This document shows, piece after piece, positions 10,961 to 24,378 of a DNA stretch of 64,000 nt. The notes below the pieces were generated by a model. That model ran no database searches. It worked only from the letters and a program-made list of their open reading frames with translations, and was not told the DNA's origin. Made by a program: the position numbers and the translations under genes. Each line of letters begins with the position of its first letter. The stretch's first letter is position 1. The stretch is from Neoechinorhynchus agilis. Taxonomy: Eukaryota; Animalia; Acanthocephala. The stretch lies in the NCBI GenBank assembly GCA_051530055.1, contig CM121341.1, forward strand, positions 13,184,784-13,248,783, written 5' to 3'.

Positions 10961-13900
10961 AATTTTTTTTTGAAAAATGATGTAACTTTTCTAGGTTTTA
11001 CAATAATAAAGCACGGCAAAATTGGAGCTTCTCTCCTTCCTCGGCTGTCGCTATCACGCTAGTAGCATTGCCTCGTTGTACTGCAAGCGAGATATTTTGT
11101 CGCAGGAATACACCTGCTCGTGCGTCGCCGGTTGTCTCTCTCAATTTCTTCGAGAGATCCTGGAGCAGAGGGAGTGCCAAGCGACCCATACGTATCGACT
11201 CCGAAGGGGAAAAATAGTGGGCCCTTGCTAAATCCCTATATTTTCGTACCTTCCTTCCTTATGCTGCACTGGCTGCACCTCCAGCAATTCCGAGAGAGTA
11301 GGGAATGTTGCTTACTGCGAGGATATCTACGCACGTGGCGTCTCAGAGAAGGCATTTGCCCTCCCGCCACGGAAAGACCGAAATTCAGTCAGGTCGACAA
11401 CCGTCTAGTCGACAAAGTTGGGCGGGTTCCAAGATGTTGGGGAAGTTCGCCGTTCTCAACGCCCGAGAAATTGCGTTATTGATTTCAGAATGGCGTGAGA
11501 ACCTTCCTCCTGACTTTCGGCAAACGAGACCGTGTCGCATGAAAGCATCAACCGAAGACCCACATCGACAGCGATGGGCGTGCATATCGGGAGACCAGGC
11601 CTTAAGGACACTGCGATCGTCCTTACCTCATTAGCGAGAAGAGTTCCAACAGATGCCAGAGGAACAGCCTCCAACCACGTCTCCGATTCTCGTGTCGAAA
11701 CTGCCAACAATCTAGCTCGGACGACCCCATCGCGAGAACCTGAAAGTAGAGAGCTGTAAGCTCTCGTGACTTGAGGTCTATCCCAAATCGACTGTCTGAG
11801 GTCATTCACGGGAACATAGTTAGCGCCTGTCTGCTGGCACCATTCCTCAACCGCCACCACGAAATCCCGGTCAAGACAGAACTTTTCCTTCAAAATGTTC
11901 TTCGAGACTGGTAGGCTCCCCTCAAACGATCCAAGAATGGCCGGCAAAGCAAGGTCCACTAGTGCCCGAATTCCCAATCCCCCAGATGACACAGGCAAAG
12001 AAGCTTGTCGCCACGCTTCATCTGAGAGCAGGACATTTAAAATACGCTCGAGACAAGCCCTCACCTTGTCGTCGAGCTTAGCAAATCCTTTTTTGTGTTT
12101 GAAAAATGTTGCTGTGTGGACCTTTTATAAGAATTCGGGAATGGAGTGCGTTCTTTATCAGAAATAACGCTTCGTGAGCCGAGAGAGCGCTCACCTTATC
12201 GCACAAGAACGAAAGTTTCGGTATGATACGGCCGATCTCAGCTTCCACATTTGAATCAAAGACGCAACTACCCAGCAGGCTGAGTTGCTCTGGAGTCACG
12301 AGTTTCAGACCTGGAGCTACGGCCTCAAACCCATTCATTAGCTCCTTGACTTTGACGGCGTCTTCGATATTTAATACAAGGAGCTTACACTTTCCAGCAT
12401 TGAGTTCAGTGTCCATTCTCGAGGTCTCCCTAATCAGCGTCTCCAAATCGCGCAGTACAACGGAGGGATCACCTCCGAACGTAGCGTCATCCAAGTACCA
12501 AGCGTTGAAGCTGGAATGGAGAGAGTGCGCTATTGGATTTACTGTTAGTAAGAATGCGATTGGACCGAGAGGATCTCCTTGCTGCGCTCCTCTTTCGGAC
12601 AAAATGAGGTGATCTTCAAAAAGCAAAGGAGTCGTGGTCCCGTAGGCATTGAGAAAATACTGGAAGGCTTCTGGTGTGTGATCCCTAATTGCGCGGAACA
12701 TGGTTTCTCTATTGAGAGAGTTAAAGGCGTTCCGAAAATCACACTTAAGAATCACGCTCGGCTCTGAGCTTCTCGAAAGTTTCGGAGCGAGTGGACAATA
12801 GCTTCCGCCCCGCAGGATGTGCAGCTGCCCAGTTGGACTGGACGAAGTTGCTGTCCGGTTTTCTCTGTAATACGTTTGCAGGGAATTTTTCCTGCGAGTC
12901 GGCGTATCGTCGAAGATACGGCGATGGGACGGATCCCACCTTTTTTGTGAGGGCACATAATGATGCTCCGAAAAATAGGTCTTTTGCAACGGGATTCAGG
13001 TCCTCGCCAGTCAGACGGTCGACTAACCGAGAAAGCGCATTTTCTAAAGAGAGCGCGCTTTCTAGAGAGAGCTGCTTCACCAATAGTAAAGGACGCCTTA
13101 GCCCGTCAAGCCACCCGAACCATTTGCAAAATATGAGATGGCCTTTTTTAACTCTGAAATTTGAGTGGGTGTCCATTTCAAAACTGTCACTACTGCATGG
13201 GTGTTTTGGCCGGAGTATTTATAGTGTCGCGTTGTCTCCTTGTCCAAACCGTCAAAGGATGACAATAACCGAACAGCTACCCGAACATCTCCGTCCACAA
13301 GCTTCGAAGAAACACGTTCAGTCAGGGATCGCTTTGAAAAACGGCAACGAAACCCTTCCTTCGTGCGTCCCTTACCTACCTCGCGAAATTTCATTTCGAA
13401 ATTGTTAAATATCTGTTCGAAGGAGGCCACCCTTTCCTTGATTGTTGATGTCAAAAATCCCCAGAATCATCACTGGTGCAAAGGACTAAGCGCGGGAATG
13501 CGAAGAGCCGCTTCCATGATGGTGCACAGTTCTTTTGGAGGCAATCGTTGAGCAATCCCGTAAATGCTTTGGCGACCTGATATCGTGCGTCATTTGGGGT
13601 CCGTTTCGGGGCGTTCCTGGGCAGAATCCGCACGATATCAGATATCGAAATAGAGTCAGTGATGATCCGAGAGGTCCCAGCCATAAACAGATCGGTTGAT
13701 TGCGGTGGAGAACCAGACCCGCTACAGCGGAGATCCCGGAGACCATGGTCAAACAAAAACCCCAAATTGGTTAATTTAAAAGACTTACCGCAAACCGAAC
13801 ACACGCCAGTAGAGACGCGTGGGAGCCTGGCAGCGCTGGTATTCTCAGGTTGAACGTGATCGATAAGTGGTGCGTTCAAGGTGTCTGCGTCAGTGATTTG

Positions 13901-14101
13901 ATGAACAGAATTTAGGCCTGGTGTCCCGGTAGCGTTGAGCGTTTCCTCGGTCTTTTCACCTGGCTCGTTTTGGTCGGGCACGTTTCTGTCTTCATATTGT
14001 TTTCTAGCATCCAGGTCCCGAGCGAAGCGAGGGGACAGCATCGGTGTCGTCTGTGGTGGAGGCGTTTGTGAGTTTTCTAATATGTAAGCATTCATTAACA
14101 A
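10961..14101 (-). mobile_element. Near full-length, frameshifted CRE-clade non-LTR retrotransposon (N-terminal Zn finger, RT, C-terminal CCHC plus restriction-like endonuclease)
   Basis: CSVCGK...DHGLRDLRCSGSG; KKGGIRPIAV; LKCDFRNAFNS; GAQQGDPLGP; AWYLDD; CRCG...HGLVC...RHSEIN...EP...DGCRPD; QNISLAVQRGNATSV; short A-tract at about 10961-10971. The ORF is broken across several frames. Confidence 0.92.
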
Positions 14102-14624
14102 TAGAATCGATAATGAGCGATATACAATCAGTCGACTTTAACCATCCTTCTGGGAGATATCTAACCACCCGAATGCAATCCTCATTCGAGTTCTGTGGCT
14201 AAACGATTTGCTCATTAAACGCGGAACTTTAATCGCTAATCGTATTTAGGCAGGCAGAGCAGGTTATTCCGCTTAGATCACATCTATTATGTAGAAGGCG
14301 AGGTATCGCCGGCATCTCTGCTTCGTCAAGCGTCTTTTCTGGTAATTTATTCTGATCAATCAATTGCGTAATCTATGCTTGTATTCTCTTTCGCATCGGA
14401 GAGAGCTCTCGAGAATGGAGCCTCGTGTTCCCCGTCGAAGCTCAGAAGTGTAGCTCTATTGCAAGAAACTAGATACCTTTAATGATTTTGATGATTTCCG
14501 GAACGATCGCAACGGAACGTGTTTATCAATTTGCAATTAACGATCATAAAGAGCAGTTATGATATGATTTCTAAAATTTGAAGTGCGAACCGAAATTCTG
14601 GTGATTTTATTTTTTTGCCTTCTC

Positions 14625-14870
14625 GGTGCCGGGAGGTGCAGCGTCCTCGGCGGAAAAGAAGGAAGCAGTAAAATACGTTGAATTGAGATCTGATCACGAC
14701 TTCGTGCCATTCGTGGGGCGGTCAGGGAGTCTGCCCTTAAACTATGCGACGAATTGGGCTCATTTAATGAGGGAAGCTACCGGTGACCTCAGGAGTAAAA
14801 CATTCCTCATACGATAAACACGACTGTACAGCGCGGGAATGCTACCAGCATTATGAGCACGACCTCGATT
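14625..14870 (+). mobile_element. 5'-truncated 3' end of another CRE-type element, opposite orientation
   Basis: PGGAASSAEKKEAVKY...HDFVPF...REATGDLRSKTFL then QRGNATSIMST in a shifted frame, homologous to the C-terminus at 10998-11250. Confidence 0.8.
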
Positions 14871-15899
14871 TTTGGAAATTATACTTCCATGACTTTCTGA
14901 TTGGCTGGACTTTTGATTTAAATGGATTTTATTGGCCGACTTTAATGTTTATTGTTATAATAACATTCAATTGTTTGTATGTGTTCACATTGGCCGATAT
15001 AACATGTTCACAAATATCTAAAAAAATGAAAATTATACCTAAAGGACATTTTTGCGTCCTATTAGCAGCTATCTTTTTTATCTGCATACGACATAGCCGT
15101 AAGCATAACTACTCAAAAAATTACAAACCTTGATGATGTCGGTATTATCGGATGTGAAATATCGGTAATAAATTAGTCAATTTAAATCCAAGGAGTAGTA
15201 TAATTACGTGTTTATCAACATTTTCTATTTCAATTAATAACTTTCGATTTTAGGACATTATTTACCATGTAGAGAAACTATGTACGGTCTCCACAGTGCA
15301 AAAACGTTTGATGCGCGAAGAATAGAAAGGAACGGTTCCATTATTTAGGCATTGATCAAAGTTTTCCGATTCACTAAAAAAGGATAAATTCAGGCCGAAA
15401 TTCGTTTCTCATAAAAATAACCGAGGGTGAAAAATATATTTTTGCCATATATCTTTAGATGGCTATAAACATTTCTATAATTCCATTTAGGGACGATTTT
15501 GGTCTCATAATTGACATTGTTTTAAATGCTAAAGTAAAACACAGAAATATTCGTCCTAAATAAAACATCTCGTTTCAATGGTGTAAAGTGCTAAAATAAC
15601 GTCAATCGAAAAGAAAACATACGGTTGAAAAATTAGCCGACGATCCACTGACTGAAAAAACCCAAGAAAGTTAACGACATATTAACTAAAATGTTGTTTA
15701 AATTTAGTCGATTTTTTAAAATTGACAGGGCTATCATAATGAGATAAAAAGGCCCGAACTTTAATTATCGATTTCGAGAAAGAAAAACGCCGACTTAACT
15801 TATCATTTTAAGAGCTCGCAAATGCTTGTTTGCCTTAATTGCCCCCCTCTTGAGCACAAAAATCGCAAAATTGTTCATTTTCGGATAAACGTTTTGCTA

Positions 15900-18800
15900 T
15901 CACTGAACAGCACACTTTTTGTGTTTTCCGTTAAGAGCACTCGGTTTGTGAACAATTCGTTCAATCTCGGTTTGCTTAGCAAGACTGAAAAACGCGATTA
16001 AAGCCTTATATGAACACTTGTCTTACTGTTCGTTTTCGATATCCAATTGTTTTACAAGTTCGTTTCTCTTATTAACAACATCCACCAGTTTATCCATCAA
16101 AATCTGCTCCACTTCTCGATTACTGAAACTTTGATCAGAATCTAATTGGATAAAAAAATTATACCACTTGAAAGATCTCTCTCTTACATCGGCACAGATT
16201 GGCTAGTCTACTAGACACGGATTCGTACTGCTCACGTAATCGAATATCCTCGATACGGGCACATATCTGTTTTTGTTCATGTAAATTTTGATTTCTTTTG
16301 TTCACAATCTCAATCCATTTCCGAAGAATATCACGTTGAACGCTCCGACGACCAGCGTTCATTATACTCATCATACGCCATTTGATCTCGTCCGACCGAC
16401 CATTTAGCTTTTGTTCTTCGAGCTCAAGTTCGTATTGACGCTGAAGAAGGTCTTCAAGCTCGTCAATGTAATCGAATCTCGCATCAAAAGCTATCAAATC
16501 AAGCAAGTTGTAAAGCCAGAATGATAGATTTACCTTGTGGGATTACTGGTTTGTTCATAAAAAAGGATTTTATTGGGTTTACCTGCACAAAAACGCGGTA
16601 CCATTCGCTACTGTTTAAAACGCAAATACCTTTTGTTCCTTCTCCTTTTCATTATTTGTAACCTGAACGCCGTCCTGAGGTGTCCCTGTATCAACTTTTT
16701 TGGCTTCACGTAGTGCCTTCTTTTCGTTTCTTAACAACATTCACATGAATACTTGGGTTCAAAGAAACGTGGTTACATGTATGAATTGTCCAGCAAAAAT
16801 GGGGACTTGGAACGAAATTAAATGAACAAATTTTTCGAAACGCTCCTTGACCTTCAGGAATATTAAACGACTCAATTCGCAATCAGCTAGGAATTTATCC
16901 GTTTCGCGTTGTGGAATTGTGGTGTTGATAAAAATGGCAATACAAATGGACCGTAAATTGGCTAGGTCGCATCTGAGAGGCAATACCTTCTCAATGGTAA
17001 AAATAATTTAAAACGCGTTGACTGAGATTTTTGAAAGGTACCTCACACCAACACTCAACGGTCATTCATTTTTCGGCATTGAGACGAGTGTTTCATTAAA
17101 AAACCACTTAAAACATGCACAAATACCTTTTAACAAGATGGACTATGAATTTAGTCATGATAAAAATCTCTTGGATACGCGAAGATTCTTGGGAATTGTA
17201 TAACACAGACTTACCTTACAAAAAGCTTTACCGGTAAGCTGGAAAGCAGGCCTTGCCTATTAATTGCGCAAGGCGACTTCATTGTATTTATTACGCTCAT
17301 TTGCAACAGATTAGCAAAGTTTTTCAATTGAATCTGGGTTTTTTGGGGGGAGGGTGGATCGGAGAGTGCTTGAGGGCGAAAACAATTATCTCACAGTGAA
17401 GCTCACGCTCTGATGCTTAGGATCGAGGACTAGAGCGTCATTCTGGCGTCCTTGTTTGCGTTTCTGGTACATGTCTCTGATTTGCTTTAAAATGTCGGTG
17501 TATTCATTGCTTCGGTCGTTATCGTAACTCGATCGGCGGTTGTCGAGAAGCCACGTTGCCGGTAAGTCGAGAGCTTCCAGCGCTTTGGCAAGATATCGCC
17601 TGTTTAGCGAATCGTCCTCGTTGTGTAAGTTGTCAAGGCATCTACTTGCGATAATAACACGCCGATGGAAAGTGAACGTGTTCTACTCACATAGATCCTG
17701 GGAATAGTAAGTTTAGAAGACAACAAACGTTGTAGGCGTTCAGTTCCTCGTCTTCGGCACGTTCTATTTTTTTCTGGTACCATTCCATCACGGATGGCTA
17801 AAAACGACATAGATTAGTAGCTAACGGATTCTGCGATTCGTTGTGTTATTAATTGCGCTTAGGAGTTTAATCGCAGTTTATTTTTTATGCTCAATGTGAA
17901 AGCGTTCAGATTTTGGTACATTTAAAATGAATTTTAGGTATTTCGTTGATTTCGCCTTATACTTTATAAATTAAGTTATCGTCTTAGAGAATAACTTGCT
18001 TTTGAAAGCGTACAAACCTGCTTATCTGTATCCTTTGGCGACTTTATGAGCCTGAGCAAACGGTTGAAAATGAATACGAAAAATAGGAATGCACAAACTT
18101 TTGAAACGAGAACCATCCAAACCCGTCTTTCTTGATGCGAGAATCCTGATTCTCTTTGTAATGAGTGGTATTAACTTCGCAAGTGCCATTCTGAATCTTC
18201 GGTTCCTGTCTTTTTCCGACTACTTTGAAGTCGCAATCCGACACTGCTTTTCTATTTATCTTTAGTTTTTCGACCGGGACAACACCTAAATCTTTAACAT
18301 TCTGCGCAATGATAAGAGTGCCCGATGCAAGCACTCGTTTTTCTTTGTTGATTGGTGATTTGATCTACTCGATGGAGCGATATTCAAAGGATCTAAAATG
18401 ATACTTAGACGATAACTCACACTAACAACTTTGATCTTCCACTTTTGTCCATTAATAAACTCACCATTGTCTCGATTTACGTTGAACTTTACTGTAGGCT
18501 TAAAGTTTGTCTTTAGTTCAACGTAGCCTTCGAGTGGATTACGATCCCCCGGTTCCCATGCAACTGCCTATATTTGACAGTTTTATAAGAACTTAAAATA
18601 ATCCTCCGAAAGTGTACCTGGCTTTCGAATCGTGTGGATTTTCTTTTCAAAACAACTTTAACCTTATCGGGCTGCCTAAACAAACGGCGCGTTATAATGC
18701 ATTTATACTGGTAAAATTCAGACCATTTCCGATAGCATTTTATGTACAAGCGTTCAATACAGAAGTCGCACTCCATTGACTTTCTGTAGCACGGCTCATC

Positions 18801-18932
18801 CTTTTCCAAAAGTTTAAATCTAGCAGCAGCGGCAGTTGCGAAACCTGAAGAGAAGACGTGTCATAAAGGCAACGAGGAAAACGAGGTCGTACCGATTATC
18901 CATCTCTTCAACCTCATTACACCCTTCTTCAT
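15900..18932 (-). CDS. EHBP1: EH domain-binding protein 1-like (NT-C2, divergent CH, bMERB, CaaX)
   Basis: RKWQPDKVKVVLKRK...AWEPGDRNPLEG (NT-C2); PSVMEWY...CLLNLLFPGSI (CH-like); RKWIEIVNKRN and KLVDVVNKRNELV (bMERB); C-terminal KCAVQ* CaaX. GT-AG introns. The exons at about 16.55-17.0 kb were not resolved. Confidence 0.88.
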
Positions 18933-19269
18933 TTGTCTAAATTGAAAATTGAGAATCAAATGGCCGGGTTTGAGGAAAAAAAGAGCACCAAGGAAAGTGA
19001 AAAAAGGGAATATATAAGTAGGAAGCACACCCGTCGTTCCATTAAACACGCTAAATACCCAGTCGATTACCGACCTCAGACCGAATTTTTCTCTAAGACC
19101 AATATTTCCGGTTCCTATGTGTGTGTCTCTCTCTCACATGCACCGCCGCCAGTAGTGCATTTGTGTGCACACAATGATCTATCGGTAGCAGTATGGAGAT
19201 GTTTGGTGACAAAGATAGATTCTGGAAGGCCGTCGTAATGAAAGATCTTATCAAGGACAAATACCAAAA

Positions 19270-19600
19270 CATGAGAAATACTTATCGAAAGGGCTTTTTG
19301 AAGAGGACTCACAGTAAGTACTAATGTCTGCCTGGAGGAACTTATCGAAAGGACCTTTTTGGAGAAGTGTCTTGATTTAGGGACTTCTTGGACTCACAGT
19401 AAGTACTAATGTCGACCTGGAGGAACTTATCGAAAGGACCTTTTTGAAGGCGCTGTCTTGATTACAGAGTTCTTGGACTTACAGGACGTACTAATGTCGA
19501 CCTGGAGGAACTTATCGAAAGGACCTTTTTGAAGAAGTGTCTTGATTACAGAGTTCTTGGACTCACAGAACGTACTAATGTCGACATGGAGGAAGGCATT
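19270..19600. repeat. Tandem repeat, 85-bp unit, about 3.5 copies (first copy 60 bp)
   Basis: cttatcgaaagg recurs at 19281, 19341, 19426 and 19511. Confidence 0.9.
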
Positions 19601-21595
19601 TATCACAACATGTGGCCTATCCAAAATATACTCCATAGAACTTAGCCAGTGGGACGAATCCCAGCCGCCATTCGTCGGAGAAACACGTGAAGATTTCGGT
19701 TTGACACTTTTCCATCACATAAGCCTGCATATCAGCCCCTGTGGTTGACGAAGACGGCTGCCTTTTGTGCAAACGTGGAAAACCCTACTTGGGAGCCGGA
19801 AAACCGCCGTCAAACGGTTTTGCGAGGAGATTAGAAATCCTGTTGTGGAGATATGAAACCAAGGTCGCTAGGGAGTACCATGGCGTACGTGCTCGCTCTC
19901 TATCGTTTATGGGAAAATCGATAAAACGCCGCCGTTGTTTAGTCGGTGTCGCCGAAATGGGTTCAAAGAAGCTCAGAACGTTGATGAAAAGAGTGCTTTT
20001 TTCTTACGCAATACGATTATCCCCACACGGACCTCGGACCATTCCTAGTGGAAACAACAACAAACGAAGGGCCAATAAGGATACACGTTTTTATGGAAAG
20101 ATAGATACTTCAACCGTGAAAACAATAGCGATTCTCCCTGTCTATTACGAAGCTTAAAAAGCCTGCAAATTTCCAACGCGCCAGGAGCACTACGATCCGA
20201 AAAAAAATCAGAAAAGCGATAATTTCGCATAGTGCCTTTGTTCGCAAATTAATGTAATATCCGATCTAGCAAATACTATGCATTTTTGCATTAATGATAA
20301 TGTTGCATCATCTGTAAGGATCCATGTTCCAACGGCGTTACACATAAGTCAGAATGTATTGAGAAATTATATAATGATTTGTCTTATTTATCCAAGGAAC
20401 CTTCGCGAATTTGGTTGTTGAAACATGAACATTTATTGGTTTAGATAAAAAAAATTTTTTTAGAGTTCCGCGTGAATTATTCTTATCTATCTTTTACTAA
20501 ATAAGAATTTAGATACAAAGCTAAATCTGATTATTTTTAATCTAACTCTTCATAAGAGTTCCCGTACGAACGGCGGAGCATCTTTTATTCCCGTTCTCAA
20601 TCGCTGATTCTCCGATAAAAAATAGTTGAATGCACGGGCTGGTATTGCGACCTAACATTTTCCGAGATTAAAAATCAAGCGATGCTTGGTCCGACAACAC
20701 CAGTTGTCCAAATGGCGCGAGGTTGGAAAATCTAGAACAAAGGATTAAGGCATTTGTGTTTTTCCCTTTTTCGGTCTTCTGACCTTTTTGCCCACATATA
20801 CCTAATGCAAAACTCTGAGGAAGTAATCGATGGAATCTTTAACAGTTATCCATTTATCGCAGTCGCATCAATCGAATCTCTAGTCAGTCATTGGCATCGG
20901 CGTCCAATGCAAGCAACCAGCATATTCTTTACATCGTTAAAGACCCGCGCAATACTCATATCCGTCATGAAAATTAAAATTCTATTTAGAAATTAATTTA
21001 AAATTGTTTGGATAATCAATTTTAGTATAGGGACAAACTCACTCCTCGACGATACTAAACTAGCAGATATTTCTTCACCGGCTAACAAAAATACATCAAT
21101 CAGTCCTCCTAATCGATCAAGATAAATAAGTCGCTTCTCATTTTTGAACTTAACTGTGATTTTTAACAATGCATCCTAATCAATTAGAGTATTTTATCTA
21201 TAAGTGTTCGGTTCGAGCTCGTCGAACTACAACTTTTTCTATTTACAACATTTGAGAGTTGAGAATTTTAATAAGCTGAATTTCGCACTGCCCTTGTAAC
21301 GGAAATCCTCCAGTTCGCCTCAGTGCACTTAAACGCGCTTCACGAACAATATATCCATCGGGACAAAAAATAACTAAACGTCCATCAATCAGGTAAAGGC
21401 AAGTCCAAAAAATCAAAATGATCGATTTCTGCGTACATGAATTAAACACGGCACCTAAAAGCGTTTTAAAAATGAAAAATCCATGAAAACAGAAATTATA
21501 ATCAAAGTTACGCAAGGGCCGTGGATATCAGTGGCGATTCTTAAACGCGCATACAATTGTTGTCGTCTCTTTCTCTCAAAAAATCTTGCTCCACT

Positions 21596-22210
21596 TCATG
21601 CCACCTTGGTCGATTCCTTAAGAGACTGATCAACTGGCTCCATGCAATACGGACAAGTGAAGCTTTTCATAAGAAGCCATTTATCTACACACTCGAGATC
21701 GAATCTATAAGAAACTCCAAATCCGATCTCAAGTTGGCGTACGCAATCTTTATGGAAACTATGCATACAGGGCAGCATCCGGATATCGTCATCCTTATCG
21801 AATTCGATCATACAGATGATACACTCGTCCGGCGGATTATTGCAACCATCATCATCGTCGCTGCCGCCTGATTTCTTCACGTATTTATGAACCGGCAAGG
21901 CATCCAAAACGGATTCTTTAATGGCTCGGTTCATTGCATTGATTTCAGCGACTGCGGCGGCTGCCATCGCTGCTCGGTGTCGGGCATGAACTCGTGTAAT
22001 GTGGCCCAGAGCTGCGGCAGCCATATGCTCGCTGACATCCGGACGCTGGCGACGGGGGTGACGCCGCCGGAGGAGCGTATAAGCAGATAAGGGATTATCT
22101 CCAATAAGACTTCGAGTGGGATCATCGTGGTGTCGGACGACAATTACTTCCTCGTCATCGTCTCTTCTACCGTTGCGGTTTGAATCCGTATACGAAAAGC
22201 AATTTCCCAT
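21596..22210 (-). CDS. RNF11: RING-H2 protein, RNF11-like, copy 1
   Basis: MGNC N-terminus; CIICMIEF...IRMLPCMHSFHKDC[insert]VDKWLLMKSFTCPYCMEPVD matches the RNF11 C-terminus as recalled (RSFTCPSCMEPVD). Confidence 0.85.
   Translation of the reverse strand: MGNCFSYTDSNRNGRRDDDEEVIVVRHHDDPTRSLIGDNPLSAYTLLRRRHPRRQRPDVSEHMAAAALGHITRVHARHRAAMAAAAVAEINAMNRAIKESVLDALPVHKYVKKSGGSDDDDGCNNPPDECIICMIEFDKDDDIRMLPCMHSFHKDCVRQLEIGFGVSYRFDLECVDKWLLMKSFTCPYCMEPVDQSLKESTKVA
21686..21739 (-). other. 54-nt in-frame TA-bounded hairpin insert / atypical intron inside the RING
   Basis: 13-14-bp stem with 2 G-U pairs (21692-21704 / 21721-21733). It adds 18 aa within the RING helix. Removal gives HKDCVDKWL. Confidence 0.65.
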
Positions 22211-23193
22211 CTAAAACGGGAATCCTTCAAGGGAAAGTAGCGAAATCGTCTCGGCTAGATTCCACCACTGCTTCAAAGTTTAACTTCGTTGCGACAAAAA
22301 GGCTACCGGTCATTTTGGCTGTGGATTTTGTGGACAAACAAGAAGTATTAATCGAAAACCAATTACAGTGGAACGTCGATTATTCGAACACGTTTATTAT
22401 CCAAAACGTCAATTATCCGGACCCAGAATGTTGTCCTAGTCAACTTCTGTTGCTAAAAGAGAATTGGGAACCTTGAAGCGAAAAAACGAAGTACAGGGCA
22501 AAATAAATGGTTAATTTCAACAATAAAACTAAAATTATGTAATTTTCTCCAATTTTGCTTCGTTTAGCAATTCCCCAGCTTTAAAAAAACTGGATACATC
22601 ACATTGGGTTTTTCGTTATCCCAATGCTGTCCGATCTCTATTAAACCTGATAAATGACGTTATATTGTAATATTTAAGCAGATAAGGCAAAAACGAGTTT
22701 GGTTAATATTCGGTTAGTCAATGAGTGCTAAAATCGTGTCTCTTTACTATAAATCGTCAAAACAACATCGTGTTGCACAATAGCCCCTTTTTCGCTGCAG
22801 TTCGTAAAACCGTTTAAGGCAATGAATTTTTCTGGCATCGTTCCCTTAGACATTTGGGAAAAGTGGTTTGCGACGATATCTAAATGGCAGTCTAACAGGA
22901 AAAATTGTTACGATAGAATGAAAAGTTGAAGAAACACAATATGTTCATTTATGTAGGTGAAGACCCATTACGAAAGGTTCAATGGGAATGAGACACAGAA
23001 TTTTAAATTTATAACCGCTCTTCAGCGATTGAGATTTCTGGAAAATAAACGTTTGGAAATATCCAAACAATCTCGGATATTCCCGATGATGTGATTTTGT
23101 AAAGTCAACTGGACCACCTCGACAAAACTACGGAATGTACAACAAACTCAGCCAGTTATACATTGGAGTAAGTATTGAATTATTTTATCTTTA

Positions 23194-23306
23194 AGTCTGG
23201 CTAGCCGGTTACATTTTTAAGTGTCGAATTAAACATCCCAAACACGGCTGATTATTTTCCTTGGGCACTAGGGAAGCGCATGATATTGCTTAACGCTTAA
23301 AAAATG
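23194..23306. mobile_element. Family A palindromic MITE-like copy (degenerate arms)
   Basis: agtctggctagccgg terminus, cacggctgattattttccttgggca core, partially complementary arms. Confidence 0.65.
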
Positions 23307-24378
23307 CGTTCTTTGGTGATCAGAAGAATGGATGGATATTGAGTTATTGTTCTCAATATTTCGTCTACATTGAAGCACGAAACTTGTGAAACAACCTGAA
23401 CAAGTCCGACGAAACGGACGAAATATTGAGAACAATAAATCAATATCTATTTTTCTCATAACATAGTAGAGACCGTTTTTTGATCGAAGGATCATTTTAA
23501 ATAATTAAAGTACCATTATATTAATAGGAATAGAAATATTTTGCACTAGTTTAATCAAACCATATATGCGATTTTATATAAATATATTTATTAGTTATGT
23601 TTGAAACTCGAAAATATATCAACCAGTCTGGTAGTCGAAAGATTATTTGCTTCAAAATCTAAAAGCCTAGGGCATAGCGCCCATCCACGAAAATATAACA
23701 GATTGACAAATTCTGTTACAAACATGAAACGCTTATTTTTTGGCAGAGTTGAAGTCCGGCTTGAAAAATCGATCATTGCCGGGTCCCATTTCGATTTTAG
23801 TGCTTACAAGAATAAAAATTATAATACAATGGGATTTTGTGCTGCAGATACTTAAGTCAGTTGAGCTTTCTCATATCGTAAAAAACGTAAAAACATTGAT
23901 TGGTGAGGCTTCCTCGCGAGCATCAATTGGGATTATGACCACCACAATTCCAACTGTCTTAACAATTTAATCCAACACAACTACGATTAAGCTGCGCGAA
24001 GTGCACTGATCTCGTAATAAAGTGTAAAAGTCGTTAAAGGGGAAATGGCAAGATTATACGCATCATTAAACAGCTCTAGTCATTTATAATGCGAATAATC
24101 ATAGAGCAAATGAGAAGAGGATTATCATCAACTGTCGGAGATGAAATGGTGGATATTTGGATGTCAACGTTGCCGCAAGGATAGAAGTGAATCAAATCCG
24201 TTAAAGGTGAGAACTAGTCATGCACCAATATGGCAAAATCGTCTGTTAGAAGTTTGAAAAAGAACGCCATATTGATTTTGAAGCGTTCATTCTACTATTA
24301 AACAAGGGAACGGACAACATTGGAAATCTTGGATTAGAGCCTTTGGGAAAAATATACTTTATTTTGGCAATTATATCA

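Noticed and set aside
11120-13853. Plus-strand ORFs of 60-205 aa across 11.1-13.9 kb
   Set aside because: They are antisense shadows of the CRE coding sequence.
14783-15133. 116-aa hydrophobic ORF
   Set aside because: It overlaps the CRE 3' fragment and an AT-rich tail, with no recognisable domain.
18479-18524. Perfect 10-bp inverted repeat in EHBP1, initially taken for another hairpin insert
   Set aside because: The frame reads through and aligns without a gap to NT-C2 (WEPGDRNPLEGYVELKTNFKPTVKF). It shows that 10-bp stems can arise by chance, which tempers the hairpin-insert claim.
19370-19570. Hammerhead-like ctgtgagtcc in the 85-bp repeat (minus strand)
   Set aside because: The CUGANGA core is incomplete and there is no GGAC-GAAA partner.
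19741-24350. ORFs or exon-like frames at 19741-20157, about 21040-21180 (minus), 22180-22476 and 23740-23970
   Set aside because: They could not be joined into a consistent spliced frame or assigned a family. Real genes may be present but are unsupported without RNA-seq.
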